From positions 487,269 through 551,268 of the forward strand of contig CAVYGG010000005.1 in assembly GCA_963768045.1 (NCBI GenBank): 64,000 bases of DNA, given 5' to 3'. The first letter of the stretch is position 1; every line of letters starts with the position of its first letter. Positions 28,943 to 38,652 of the stretch are shown in pieces. Source of the stretch: an uncultured Actinomycetota bacterium. GTDB lineage: Bacteria; Actinomycetota; Actinomycetes; Propionibacteriales; Nocardioidaceae. Made by a program: the position numbers and the translations under genes. The notes below the pieces were generated by a model. That model did no database searches. It saw only the letters and a list, made by a program, of their open reading frames with translations, and was not told where the DNA came from.

Positions 28943-29893
28943 ATGAACGAGTACGACGCGGTGGTCATCGGCGGAGGTGCCGCGGGGCTCTCCGCCGCGT
29001 TGGTCCTGACCCGCGCCCGGCGCCGGATCGTGGTGGTCGACGCCGGGCAGCCGCGCAACGCCCCGGCCGCCCACATCCAGGGCTTTCTGGGCTCGGACGG
29101 GCTCGCTCCGACCGAGCTGCTGGCCACCGGCAGAGAAGAGGTCGCCGGGTACGGCGGCGATCTGCTCGCGGGAACCGTCTCGAGCGTGGCTGCCGACGCC
29201 CACACCACCTGGGGCCGTCCCTCCTTCCAGGTAAGGCTGAACGACGGCGGCCTACTGCGGTCGCGACGTGTCCTCGTCACCACCGGGTTACATGACGACA
29301 TCCCCGACCTCCCCGGCGTGCGTGAGCGGTGGGGACGCGACGTGCTGCACTGCCCGTACTGCCACGGGTACGAGGTCCGCGACCAACCGCTGGGAGTTCT
29401 CGGCGGTACGCCCGAGGCACTTGCCCACGCCCACCTCATCCGACAGTGGTCCGACGACGTGGTGTTCCTCGCCCACGGCAATTCGCTCACCGCGAACGAG
29501 CGCGAGCAGCTCGCCGCCCGCGCCATCGGCGTCGTCGAGGGTCCGGTGGCCCGCCTGGTCATCGAGGCGGACCACCTGACCGGCGTCGAGCTCGAGTCGG
29601 GCCGGTTCGTGCCCAGGGCGGCGCTGTTCGTACGGCCGCGGTTCGTGCCCAACGACGACCTGCTGACGGCTCTGGGGTGCGTCACCGACGACAACGGCTG
29701 GGTCGTCACCGACACCACCGGGCTGACCAGTGTCCCGGGCGTGTGGGCAGCCGGGAACGCCGTGAACCCGCGCGCTCAGGTCATCACCGCAGCGGGCGAG
29801 GGGTCCGCCGCTGCCATTGCCCTCAACAACGACCTCGTCGACGAGGACCTCTCGATCGCCGTCTCTCACTACCGGCCCGGCCTGCCCGACTGA
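28943..29893 (+). CDS. Thioredoxin reductase-like NAD(P)/FAD oxidoreductase
   Basis: VIGGGAAGLSAA, HCPYCHG, TSVPGVWAAGN. Confidence 0.9.
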   Translation: MNEYDAVVIGGGAAGLSAALVLTRARRRIVVVDAGQPRNAPAAHIQGFLGSDGLAPTELLATGREEVAGYGGDLLAGTVSSVAADAHTTWGRPSFQVRLNDGGLLRSRRVLVTTGLHDDIPDLPGVRERWGRDVLHCPYCHGYEVRDQPLGVLGGTPEALAHAHLIRQWSDDVVFLAHGNSLTANEREQLAARAIGVVEGPVARLVIEADHLTGVELESGRFVPRAALFVRPRFVPNDDLLTALGCVTDDNGWVVTDTTGLTSVPGVWAAGNAVNPRAQVITAAGEGSAAAIALNNDLVDEDLSIAVSHYRPGLPD

Positions 29894-29945
29894 CGGCGTC
29901 CATCCATCCTCTGCACACCCACCCAACCCACACAGGAGCATCACC

Positions 29946-30212
29946 ATGTCCGACGCACACCCCGGCCCGCACACGATGCGGCAGAACCCCGTCGGCCCAC
30001 CCAGCAAGCACCAGCTCGCCATCATGATCTGGGTCGCCGTCTTTCCGACCCTGACGGTCCTCAATCTGACGCTCGGGCACTGGCTGGCAGACCTCGGCCC
30101 GGTCCTGCGGACCTTCGTCCTCGCGACCGTCGCCGTCCCGATCGTCATCTACGGCCTCATGCCCCGGCTGCACCGCGTCCGCGTGCTCATGCTCAGTCGG
30201 CGCATGGCCTGA
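29946..30212 (+). CDS. Small two-TM membrane protein
   Basis: PPSKHQLAIMIWVAVFPTL...VPIVIYGLMP; AGGAG RBS. Confidence 0.7.
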   Translation: MSDAHPGPHTMRQNPVGPPSKHQLAIMIWVAVFPTLTVLNLTLGHWLADLGPVLRTFVLATVAVPIVIYGLMPRLHRVRVLMLSRRMA

Positions 30213-30279
30213 GCCGTGCACATCCCTCCAGGGATGCCAGTGGTCGCCGTCCGCTAGCTCGAGATCCGAATGGCCGAGG

Positions 30280-30622
30280 TCACGGCGTACGCACCGGAAC
30301 CCGATGTGGCTCATGCCGGTGTCCACCATCTGGGGTCGGCGGGCAGCTGGGCGGTAGCGCAGGCAGTAGGTGTCGGCGCAGAGGAACGACCCGCCTTGAT
30401 CACCTTGCGGGGCACCCGGAACTGCGGCTGCCGACGGTCGTAGCTGGCCTCGACCTCCGGCCCGCGCGGCTTGCGGGGCACGCAGCACGGCGCCACGTCC
30501 GGCTCTGCGCGATGCCGGGTGGCGTACCAGTCCGAGGTCCACTCCCACACGTTCCCGGCCGTGTCGAACAGCCCGTACGGGTTGGCCGGAAAGGAACCGA
30601 CCGCCGCCGTCAGCCCGCGATC
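30280..30622 (-). pseudogene. C-terminal remnant of formylglycine-generating enzyme
   Basis: VGSFPANPYGLFDTAGNVWEWTSDWY...RKVIK|GGSFLCADTYCLRYRPAAR...SHIGFRC. No N-terminal half, and one frameshift near 30395. Confidence 0.85.
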
Positions 30623-30625
30623 ACC

Positions 30626-31297
30626 TCACAGACCGCCGAGCCCCTTGCCGAAGATGACGACGCCGATCACCAGCAGGAGCACGGCCATCACCGTGGCGTT
30701 GTTGGCCGCCAACCAGACGCGCAGGTCGTCCAGTGGGGCCTGCATCCGCCTGCTCGCGACCAGATAACCGACAACGGGGACGGCCACCGTGCAGGAACCG
30801 AGCAGCACGAAGACGACGACGGCGACGACGCTGTCGGCCGTCGAGAGCCCGGCACCGCCGATGGCGACTCCGCCGCCGAGGCACAGCACGAGGTTCTTCG
30901 GGTTCGCCGCCGAGAGCAGCGCACCGAGCCCGAACGCCTTGCCCGCCGACATGGAGTCGATGGCGCCCATCCACGCCGGCAGCTCCGGTTCCTCGCCAGG
31001 GCGCGGGCGAGCCCGCCACTGCTTGACGGCGAGCCAGACCGCCAGCACTCCGAGGACCATCTTGAGCACGGAGGAGAACGTCGACGGGTCGGCCGCGTCG
31101 CCGTCGTCGACCGGCTCGACCACCAGGGTCACGACACCGATGACGAGCGTGATGCCGACCAGCCAGCCCACCAGGAAGCCGGCGCTCGCCGACCTCGGCC
31201 GAGGTCCGAGGAGCAGGAGGATCACCGCGATGATCGGGACCGGTGAGATGGCGACGCCAAGTGCCAGGGGGAGCAGCTCGCCGATCACCTCACCCAT
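30626..31297 (-). CDS. GAP family (glycopeptidolipid-addressing-like) membrane protein
   Basis: LALGVAISPVPIIAVILLL, ANPKNL, WL..NN..VMAVLLLVIG. Confidence 0.85.
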   Translation of the reverse strand: MGEVIGELLPLALGVAISPVPIIAVILLLLGPRPRSASAGFLVGWLVGITLVIGVVTLVVEPVDDGDAADPSTFSSVLKMVLGVLAVWLAVKQWRARPRPGEEPELPAWMGAIDSMSAGKAFGLGALLSAANPKNLVLCLGGGVAIGGAGLSTADSVVAVVVFVLLGSCTVAVPVVGYLVASRRMQAPLDDLRVWLAANNATVMAVLLLVIGVVIFGKGLGGL

Positions 31298-31369
31298 GTC
31301 CGACTCCCTCCCGGATTCCCGCATGCCGTGGGCCGCACCCCACGATCGGACAGGCCTGGTGGCGCCAGA

Positions 31370-31386
31370 TCACCTGATACGGCTGA
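31370..31386. promoter_or_regulatory. Degenerate regulon box TCACCT-GATAC-GGCTGA
   Basis: Two mismatches; upstream of the GAP gene. Confidence 0.45.
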
Positions 31387-31483
31387 GCCTGCCCTGCGCC
31401 AGGGGCGTTGTCGATTGCCGTGTGTCAGCCCTGCCCGCCGCGGATCAGGCTGCTGATGTCGAAGCCGGTCTGGCCGTCGGTTT

Positions 31484-34219
31484 TCAGAGGAGGTCGAGCG
31501 AGCGAGCCACGGCGAGGGCGTCGCTGCGGCGTCGGACGCCGAGCTTGCCGTACAGGCTGGAGACGTGCGTCTTGACCGTGTTCTCCGAGAGATACAACGC
31601 GGCCGCGATGTCGGCATACGTCGCTCCGCGCGCCAGCCCGCGGAGCACGTCGCGCTCTCGAGGGCTGAGGGCCGGACGTACGACCGTGTCGGGGACGAGC
31701 TGGCGTTCCTCGGGTGTGGCCGTCCACGGGCCGAGGACGTCGCTCATGCCGGGCAGACCGCGGGTGGCCTCGACCAGCTGGTCGACCCACGGTTCCGGGC
31801 TCTCCTGCTGCAGCCTCTCGAGCAGGACGTGGGTCGATGTACCCTGCCGCGTCCAGCCGAGGAACGGCACCGCGTTGCCGCGGACCTCCGTGACCACGAC
31901 CGCGGTCCGGAGCAGGTCCGAGGCGGTGGCCCCTTCGCCAAGCGCATCACGCAGCTGCGCCTCGCAGACGAGAGCCAGCGCCCGGCAGGGCGGCTGGACC
32001 AGTCGGACGTTCGCGGCGGCGTGAGCGAAGTGCTGCGCTGCCGTGCGTGGGTCGCCCCCCAGGTCGGCGCCGAGCCCACGTAGGAGTTCCCCTTCGCCGG
32101 GCCACCCGAGGTCATCGAGGGCCGTGGCCAGGCCCAGGAGACCGTGGTGGTCGCCGGCCAAAGCCATGAGGAACCCGCGCTCGACGTGCAGGACGGCGTT
32201 CAGGTACGGCGGGAGGTGGGGTGTCTCGACGGGCTCCTCGATGATGCGCTCGGCCGCCATGACCGCGCCGTCCATCAGCGCGAGCCGTGCGTCGCGCATC
32301 CGGGTCCAGAACTTCACGCTCCAGTCGGACGGATGCACCTTCTCCGTGGTGAGCGGTAGGTCCTCGCTCGTGCGGGGGAACGGGAGTGCGGGGAACCTGG
32401 CGAGCTGACTGACCAGAAGAGCTCTGTGCTCGGCCAGCACCGGCCGCCACGGGACGCCCTCCTCGATGTCCTCCAACAGCATCGCGGCCAGCCGCAGGCT
32501 CTGTGACTCCTTGCCCTGGAGGAAGAACACCAGGGCCAGGTGGGACATCGCCGTGATCGCGTGCACGGGCATGTTCCACGCCTGGCTCAGGCGTACGGCG
32601 TCGGTCAGGCTCTCCTCGGCTGCCTCGAGCCTGCCCAGCCAGGTCTGGTTCAGCCCGAGCTCGTGGAGCAGGTGCGGGAGGACCAGACGCGGCGGACCGA
32701 CGCCGACCTCGCCACTGACGACGTCCTCAGCGTCGGCGACGGCGGCCTCGAGCGACTCCAGGCCGAGCCGTCCCCTCATCATCCGGACGCACGCGAGCTG
32801 TACGGCGAACTCGCCGCTGGTCCGGGACTCCTTCGGCAGATCACGCAGCAGCCGGTCGATCCACGAGATCGCGCCCTCCACGTCGGAGTTGAACCATCTC
32901 TCGAGGGCCAGGCAGAACCACACGCCGGGGTTGGCGTCGACCGTCTGGGGGAACCGTCGGGCGAAGCCGCGTACGGCCGCGTGGTGGCCGTGCATGAGCA
33001 GCGCGTGTCCGTCACTGGCGATCAGGGCCGCCGCCTGGTCCGGGAGGTTCAACGCGATCAACCGCTGGAATGCGGGCTGTGCCTCGCCTCGTGCGACGTC
33101 CAGCCGCACCGCGCGCAGGACGGTCGCCTTCGCCTCGTCCACGTCGACTCCACCGGCGAGGATGCGACGACGTACCACCTCTGCCATCAGCGGATGGATG
33201 CGATAGCGGTCTCGCGAACCGGTCGCATCGGGCTCATCGACGCCGCGCTGGTGCGGAGGCTCGGTGTCGCCCGTCAACGGTGTGGCGGGCGAGGACCCGA
33301 GGTGGGTCACGAGCAGTCCGGTGGTCTCGAGCCCGGCCAGCACCTGGCCCGCGCCCGGGTCGTCCGAGAGGTGGGCGGCCGTCTCTGCGCTGACGACGTC
33401 GTTGCCGGCCACGCACAGCAGCAGATGACGCTCGCGAGGCTGCAGCGCCGCGAACACCTCGGAGGCCACCCGGTCGGCCGCGGCGAGATCGTTCGCCTCG
33501 AACCGTCGGGCCGCGGCGAGACGGTCCGGGAAGTTCCCCACCGCGCGGGCCGCGAGCACCGTCGCTCCGCACCATCCCTCGGTCCGGTCCGTGATGATGC
33601 GGGCCACCTCGGCCGAGTCGCTGCGAGAGTGCTCGGCGACGAGGACGGCGGACTCCGACTCGGTGAGGCGCAGGATCTCGCCGCGGAGGACGGTGAAGTG
33701 GCCGAGCAGCTCCGGACCGAGGCGGGTGATGGGGAGGTCCCACCGTGAGACGAGCAGCAGTCGCATGGTCTCGGGCTCTGCATCGAGCCGGTCGTCGACG
33801 TACCGCAGTGTGGCCGGCGGCAGGAGTTGGGCGTCGTCGACGATGACCAGCGGAGGGGTCCGGCCCTCGTCGGCCTGGTCGAGCACCCGGGCGAGATCGT
33901 GAGGGCCCACGGCCGGATCGCCGTGCAGCCATACGGCGTCATCGGGATCCCGTGCCGCGCGGCCGAGCCGGACCCACCCGCTGACCCCGAGCGTCTTCCC
34001 CGACCCCATCGGGCCGACGAGCAGCGTCAACGGGTTGTCGGTCACCTCGTCGAGCCGCTGCCAGAGCTGCGTTCGCGGCACATACACACGCGGCAGCCGG
34101 GGGACGTCCTGCAGGGCTCCGTGCTCGGGCAGCCGAGGGTCACCGGCGGTCTTGGCCGATCCCCGGCGCGCTGCCGTCGGACCCGTCACGTCACCCTCCC
34201 GGTCCGCCGGGTGACGCAC
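31484..34219 (-). CDS. MalT-like large ATP-binding LuxR regulator, copy 1 (start uncertain)
   Basis: Walker A GPMGSGKT, VIVDDAQ, TEGW, YRIHPL; C-terminal LSPRERDVL..IAAALYLSENTVKTHVSSLYGKLGV HTH. Confidence 0.92.
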   Translation of the reverse strand: MRHPADREGDVTGPTAARRGSAKTAGDPRLPEHGALQDVPRLPRVYVPRTQLWQRLDEVTDNPLTLLVGPMGSGKTLGVSGWVRLGRAARDPDDAVWLHGDPAVGPHDLARVLDQADEGRTPPLVIVDDAQLLPPATLRYVDDRLDAEPETMRLLLVSRWDLPITRLGPELLGHFTVLRGEILRLTESESAVLVAEHSRSDSAEVARIITDRTEGWCGATVLAARAVGNFPDRLAAARRFEANDLAAADRVASEVFAALQPRERHLLLCVAGNDVVSAETAAHLSDDPGAGQVLAGLETTGLLVTHLGSSPATPLTGDTEPPHQRGVDEPDATGSRDRYRIHPLMAEVVRRRILAGGVDVDEAKATVLRAVRLDVARGEAQPAFQRLIALNLPDQAAALIASDGHALLMHGHHAAVRGFARRFPQTVDANPGVWFCLALERWFNSDVEGAISWIDRLLRDLPKESRTSGEFAVQLACVRMMRGRLGLESLEAAVADAEDVVSGEVGVGPPRLVLPHLLHELGLNQTWLGRLEAAEESLTDAVRLSQAWNMPVHAITAMSHLALVFFLQGKESQSLRLAAMLLEDIEEGVPWRPVLAEHRALLVSQLARFPALPFPRTSEDLPLTTEKVHPSDWSVKFWTRMRDARLALMDGAVMAAERIIEEPVETPHLPPYLNAVLHVERGFLMALAGDHHGLLGLATALDDLGWPGEGELLRGLGADLGGDPRTAAQHFAHAAANVRLVQPPCRALALVCEAQLRDALGEGATASDLLRTAVVVTEVRGNAVPFLGWTRQGTSTHVLLERLQQESPEPWVDQLVEATRGLPGMSDVLGPWTATPEERQLVPDTVVRPALSPRERDVLRGLARGATYADIAAALYLSENTVKTHVSSLYGKLGVRRRSDALAVARSLDLL

Positions 34220-34388
34220 GGTGGGCCGGGGGCCGGTCGAGGCCCCGCGTCTCCCTCCGCACGCACACCTGGTCTATGGGCGCGTCATCCACCGAGGTGC
34301 CCCCGGTCAGCGACGCGAACGACGCTCACGGGGGACCATCGTGTCCATTGTCGTCATCGACGGTAGATGGGCCCACGGGTCACACGCC

Positions 34389-34405
34389 TCATCCGTGACG
34401 GGTGA
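34389..34405. promoter_or_regulatory. Palindromic motif TCATCC-GTGAC-GGGTGA (regulon box, exact)
   Basis: Upstream of MalT-like regulator 1, suggesting autoregulation. Confidence 0.7.
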
Positions 34406-34439
34406 GGTTCATGAAGCCCCGAGGGACGGGATCGACCTC

Positions 34440-34868
34440 CTAGTCACCCGTGCTGATCTGCTGGCACAGCGCCCAGATCACAAACACATCGAAGGCGATG
34501 ATGACGATCGCCCAGAAGGGGTAGTAGGGCATGAACGCGAAGTTGCTGAGCATGGACAATCCGGCGATCACGATGCCGCAGACCCGGGCCCACGTCTGGC
34601 CGACCAGCAGCCCGATGCCGGCCGCGAGGCCGATCGCCCCGATGATGATGTGGAACCATCCCCAGGCCGTCACGTCGAACTCCCAGGTGTAGTTCAACCC
34701 CCGGACGTAGACCGAGTCGTTGGCCGCCGCGGCGATGCCCTCGAGGAGCGAGAAGACCGAAGCGATCACCAGAATGAACCCGGCGAAGGTGACGATCCCG
34801 TAGGCGAATATGCCTGACTCGGAGCTGTCGGAGCCGTCGTAGCCGGCCTGGGGTGAGGTGTTGCTCAT
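34440..34868 (-). CDS. Four-TM membrane protein (DUF7144-like), paralog of 47424..47894
   Basis: FAG..L......EGIAA..., TAWGW.H, WARV.GI..A.LS...NF...PYYPFW. Confidence 0.8.
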   Translation of the reverse strand: MSNTSPQAGYDGSDSSESGIFAYGIVTFAGFILVIASVFSLLEGIAAAANDSVYVRGLNYTWEFDVTAWGWFHIIIGAIGLAAGIGLLVGQTWARVCGIVIAGLSMLSNFAFMPYYPFWAIVIIAFDVFVIWALCQQISTGD

Positions 34869-34967
34869 GTGCTGCCTCCACTCGTGTCGCGCGCGTCGCG
34901 GAACTGCGACTCGAACGCCGTCTGGTCGCGCGATGTCAACGTTAGGTCCACGCTGAGGCGCGCGGGG

Positions 34968-34984
34968 TCACCCGGAACGGGCGA
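34968..34984. promoter_or_regulatory. Regulon box TCACCC-GGAAC-GGGCGA
   Basis: One mismatch; upstream of the gene starting at 34868. Confidence 0.6.
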
Positions 34985-35033
34985 AGGCCAGAGTCGGCTG
35001 AGGCCCCGTTGCGCCAGTTTGTGCCGTGAGGCG

Positions 35034-35536
35034 TCACTCAGGGTCCTCGGGCTGCGACCGCCCCAGCTCCTCCAGAACCGCCTTGCCTTCGTCGGACAGC
35101 TCGGCGCGGATCAGGACCCCTTCGGACCGGTCGAGGACCGGAGCGAGCAGGGTCGCATCCGCACCGCTCGACATCACGAAGAGGGCCGACGTACCCGGCT
35201 TGACGGCGGCGCGGACCTCAGCGAGGAAGTCGTCGCTGATCCCGGCGTCGCGTAGTCGTTGGGCTCCGGCTCCGGCGGCAGCGCCCACGGCCGCCCCCGC
35301 CACTGGGTTGAGCAGCAGGAGGCCGACGGCCGCACCCCACATGGCACCCTTACCAGCCCCCCGCGCCCTGAAGTGCTTGAGCTGCCGTACCCGGGGCTCC
35401 GGATCGCTCGGCACCCAGCTGATCGCCGCCGCGTCGTGCACGACGAGTCCCCGCGCTCCACGAGCCCGGTCAGGTGGGCCTCACCCGTCTCGGCGCCGAA
35501 CGCCGTCGGGAAGAGCCAGACGGTGACGGAGGGCAT
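35034..35536 (-). pseudogene. DUF1269 family membrane protein, frameshift near 35448
   Basis: MPSVTVWLFPTAFGAE...ERG|LVVHDAAAISW...GAMWG..VGLLL..GISDDFL.EV...PGTSALF. Confidence 0.75.
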
Positions 35537-35653
35537 GCCTCTCTCCTGGAGGACCTGGTCCCGCTCGGCGTTTGCTCAGGCGGCGAAGACCCGCGCAGCG
35601 CGGCCTCCTCGTGTCCCCGCCAGCAAGGGTCCCGCCTAGGCGTGCCGACGTGC

Positions 35654-35670
35654 TCACCCGGAAACGGTGA
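35654..35670. promoter_or_regulatory. Regulon box TCACCC-GGAAA-CGGTGA
   Basis: One mismatch; upstream of the DUF1269 gene. A further degenerate copy TCGCCC-GTTTC-CGGTGA lies at 35853-35869. Confidence 0.55.
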
Positions 35671-36011
35671 ACAGGGCGGGTCATCCGCCGGCGCGTCATG
35701 GGGCGGCCGTCCCTGGTCGCCGACGACACCGCCTCCTCGAGGTCGGCATGGAGGGCCGGCTCGACGTCAGGCTCCGCCCCGCTGAGTACGTCGCGCACCC
35801 TAGGCAGGGCTGGCCGGATGACGGTTCCCCCGGTTCAGGTGACCATCGGGCCTCGCCCGTTTCCGGTGAAGCACGCCGAGCGCGGGGCACCTAATCTGCG
35901 ATGAGCCGCAACGTGGTGCTGGGAGTGATCGGTGGACCGCAACCTCGTCCGTGCACGCACGGGAGATCGAGCACATCACGCGCCCCCGCGACGGGCACGG
36001 GTGGCGCCGTG

Positions 36012-36215
36012 ATGACCCGCATGATGATCCGGGTCGACACCGAGCTCTCCGACGAGCTGGTCGCGGCGTTCCCACACCTGACGCCCAGGACGCAACGTGC
36101 GACGACGACACTCACCGGCGACCTGACCGACCAGGAGGAGCTGCAGGGAGTCCTGAACCTGCTCAACTCGCTCGGCATCAAGGTCGTGGAGATCGTGACC
36201 ATCCCGGAGGAGTGA
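36012..36215 (+). CDS. Small hypothetical protein of the 'DQxxLxGxL' type
   Basis: TTLTGDLTDQEELQGVLNLLNSLGIKVVEI; similar to 51853..52104. Confidence 0.7.
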   Translation: MTRMMIRVDTELSDELVAAFPHLTPRTQRATTTLTGDLTDQEELQGVLNLLNSLGIKVVEIVTIPEE

Positions 36216-36237
36216 GGAGTGGCTCGAGATCACCCGG

Positions 36238-36254
36238 TCACCCCGTGGGGATGA
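36238..36254. promoter_or_regulatory. Palindromic motif TCACCC-CGTGG-GGATGA (regulon box, exact)
   Basis: Preceded by an extra half-site TCACCC at 36230; upstream of the CYTH-like gene. Confidence 0.7.
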
Positions 36255-36436
36255 TGCACGTCCGCTGCCCGAGGCATTGAATGCTCGCGTCCCGGCCGGG
36301 AAAGTCACGCGCTCCGGATGCGGGGGCGCATGCTCGCTTCCGTGGGCCCGTCATGGAAAGGGAATCGCGTGTCTGACATTCGTGACTGCGAGGCGTCCGT
36401 TCGGGGACGGTCGCTGGACGCGGCAAGGCCTCTCGG

Positions 36437-37228
36437 ATGAGCGAACGCATCGTCGGTGACGACCTGGTCCGGCTCTTGGAGCTCGTGAAGGGCGCCGACA
36501 GCGTGGAGATGAAGCTGACTGTGCCGGAGGACGCCCACCGGTCAGCGATCGCGGCCTTGGGCATGGACCCTCTGCAGGCTCAGATCCGGCAGGTGTTCTT
36601 CTTCGACACCCCGGACCTGGCGCTCAACAAGGCGGGCGTCGTCGCGCGCGTCCGGAGGATCCAGGGCCGTGACGCCGACTCGGTGGTCAAGCTGCGACCC
36701 GTCGTTCCCGACGAGATCCCCGACGAGGTACGGCGCTCGCCGACGTTCGGAGTCGAGGTCGACGTCATGCCGGGGGGCTACGTGTGCTCCGCGTCCCTGA
36801 AGGGCAAGGTCCGGGCGAACGCCGTCATGAGAAGCGTGTCCGGCGAGAAGCGGCTGAGCAAGCTGTTCTCGGCCGAGCAACGGATGTTCTTCGAGGCCCA
36901 CGCCCCCACGGGTCTCGCGATCGACGACCTGTCCGTCCTCGGGCCCATCTTCGTGCTCAAGCTCAAGCTTCCGGGTGCCACGTTCTCGCGTCGCATCGTG
37001 GTGGAGATGTGGCTGTACCCGGACGGCTCGCGCATCCTGGAGCTCTCTGCCAAGTCGTCGCCGGACGATGCTCTCGAGGCCGGGGTCGAGCTCCGAGCCT
37101 TCTTCGAAGGCAAGGGGATCAACACCTCGGGCCAGCAACAGACCAAGACCAGGACCGCCCTGGACTTCTACGCCGCGGAGCTGCGGGCAGGGGTTTCCGA
37201 CGAAGCGCGACCTGGGTCGCCCACCTGA
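36437..37228 (+). CDS. CYTH-like (triphosphate tunnel / class IV adenylate cyclase-like) protein
   Basis: SVEMKL (ExK), FFDTPDLAL..AGVVARVRR, VVKLRP, EVD, LELSAK, QTKT. Confidence 0.65.
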   Translation: MSERIVGDDLVRLLELVKGADSVEMKLTVPEDAHRSAIAALGMDPLQAQIRQVFFFDTPDLALNKAGVVARVRRIQGRDADSVVKLRPVVPDEIPDEVRRSPTFGVEVDVMPGGYVCSASLKGKVRANAVMRSVSGEKRLSKLFSAEQRMFFEAHAPTGLAIDDLSVLGPIFVLKLKLPGATFSRRIVVEMWLYPDGSRILELSAKSSPDDALEAGVELRAFFEGKGINTSGQQQTKTRTALDFYAAELRAGVSDEARPGSPT

Positions 37229-37241
37229 GGAGCGAAGAATC

Positions 37242-37625
37242 GTGAAGCTACTTCTTTTCCGGTGGGTCGTCCTGGCCGTGGTCCTCGCCCTGGTGGCGTG
37301 GCTCGTACCCGACGTCGACATCAAGGGAGGTCTTTTCGGCCTCTTGGTCGCGGCGGCGATCTTCGGATTGGTCAACGCCGTGGTGGGTCCGGTGCTCCGA
37401 CTTCTCAGCCTGCCCATCACGATGGTGACGTTCGGGCTCTTCTCCCTGGTCGTCAACGGGCTCCTGCTGGCCCTGACCGCCGGGCTCTCGTCATACCTGG
37501 ACGTCGGCGGCCTCTTCCAGACGATCGTGGCTGCGTTCCTGATCAGCGTGCTGAACACGATGACCCACTTCGTCGTGATCCGTACGGTCACGAAGAGTCC
37601 AGCGTCTCAGACGACCGCGGCGTGA
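37242..37625 (+). CDS. Four-TM 'phage holin superfamily IV' (YvlD/DUF360) membrane protein
   Basis: IFGLVNAVVGPVLRLLSLPITMVTFGLFSLVVNG. Confidence 0.85.
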   Translation: MKLLLFRWVVLAVVLALVAWLVPDVDIKGGLFGLLVAAAIFGLVNAVVGPVLRLLSLPITMVTFGLFSLVVNGLLLALTAGLSSYLDVGGLFQTIVAAFLISVLNTMTHFVVIRTVTKSPASQTTAA

Positions 37626-37628
37626 CGG

Positions 37629-38621
37629 TCAGGCGACTCCCGACCGTGCGAGGAATGCCGAGAGTGGTCCGGGCAGCTCGGCCGTACGGTCGCCCCAGTC
37701 CGTGACCACTGCCGTCCCGGCAATGAGGTCGTGAAGCCCGCGATGCTCACGCTGCAGCACGATCATGAGTAACCCGATGCCCGCGAACGCGACGCTCAAC
37801 GGGAACACGAGAGTCCGGACGAAGGCCTGCCGGCCCGTGATGGGCGCGCCATCGGCCCGAACCACCCGGAGTCCCACGGCAGCCTTGCCGAAGGTGCGCC
37901 CAGCAACCGCCAGCCCGACGAAGACGTAGAGAAAGGCCCAGAGAGCCAGCGCCAGGACCGCAAGGGGCTGCGACCGGTCTCCGCTCAGCGGGTGACCGAA
38001 GAATGTCGTGGTCAGCAGATCGGTCACGAAGTACCCCGCCGCGAACGCGGCGGTGATGATCACCACGTCGACGACGGCGGCCAGAGCGCGACCGAGCGGC
38101 CCGGCGTAGTGCCCCGTCACCGAGGTCCGGGATCCGTTGGTGGAGGACATGTCGGTGGACGACGTGTCGTCTCGCAGGTGCTCCGGGGCCACGGTCCGGT
38201 CGGCGGGTCGACGCAGCAGACGGTCGACCCCACGGTCGACCAGCGCGTCGACCCCGACCACCTGCCGACGCCCGAGGTCCACCGCGGAGTCCGCGAAACG
38301 ACCCGTGCTCGCCATGATGATGTCCGGCACGCCCGAGCGCTGGACGACCGCCTCGAGGTCGACTCGGGCCAACAGCAGGTCCAGGTCGACCCCGGCCATC
38401 ACCTCGTTGAGGTCGACGCGACTGAGCAGACGCTGGACGTCGATCCGGTCCATCAGCACGTTCGGATCGATCCGATCGACGATCCGCTGGACGTCGATGC
38501 GCTCGATCAGCTGGTCGAGATCGACGTACTCCAGGATCACGTCGGGATCGACGAACTCGACGACCCGTCCGGTTGCAGCACCGGCGACGCGGCCCAGGAT
38601 GCCCTTGCCCGGCGCGCTCAC
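37629..38621 (-). CDS. RDD family protein with N-terminal 9-residue pseudo-repeats
   Basis: YAGPLGRALAAVVD, GRTFGK..VGLRVV, RGLHDLIAGT; N-terminal VDLDQLIER/IDVQRIVDR/... repeats. Confidence 0.85.
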   Translation of the reverse strand: MSAPGKGILGRVAGAATGRVVEFVDPDVILEYVDLDQLIERIDVQRIVDRIDPNVLMDRIDVQRLLSRVDLNEVMAGVDLDLLLARVDLEAVVQRSGVPDIIMASTGRFADSAVDLGRRQVVGVDALVDRGVDRLLRRPADRTVAPEHLRDDTSSTDMSSTNGSRTSVTGHYAGPLGRALAAVVDVVIITAAFAAGYFVTDLLTTTFFGHPLSGDRSQPLAVLALALWAFLYVFVGLAVAGRTFGKAAVGLRVVRADGAPITGRQAFVRTLVFPLSVAFAGIGLLMIVLQREHRGLHDLIAGTAVVTDWGDRTAELPGPLSAFLARSGVA

Positions 38622-38652
38622 CGAACCCTGCCTTCCGCGAGTTGCTCGATCA

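Noticed and set aside
30221-30236. Hairpin CATCCC-TCCA-GGGATG as another regulon box
   Set aside because: Spacing and flanks differ from the consensus, and it lies between convergent genes; more likely a terminator-type hairpin.
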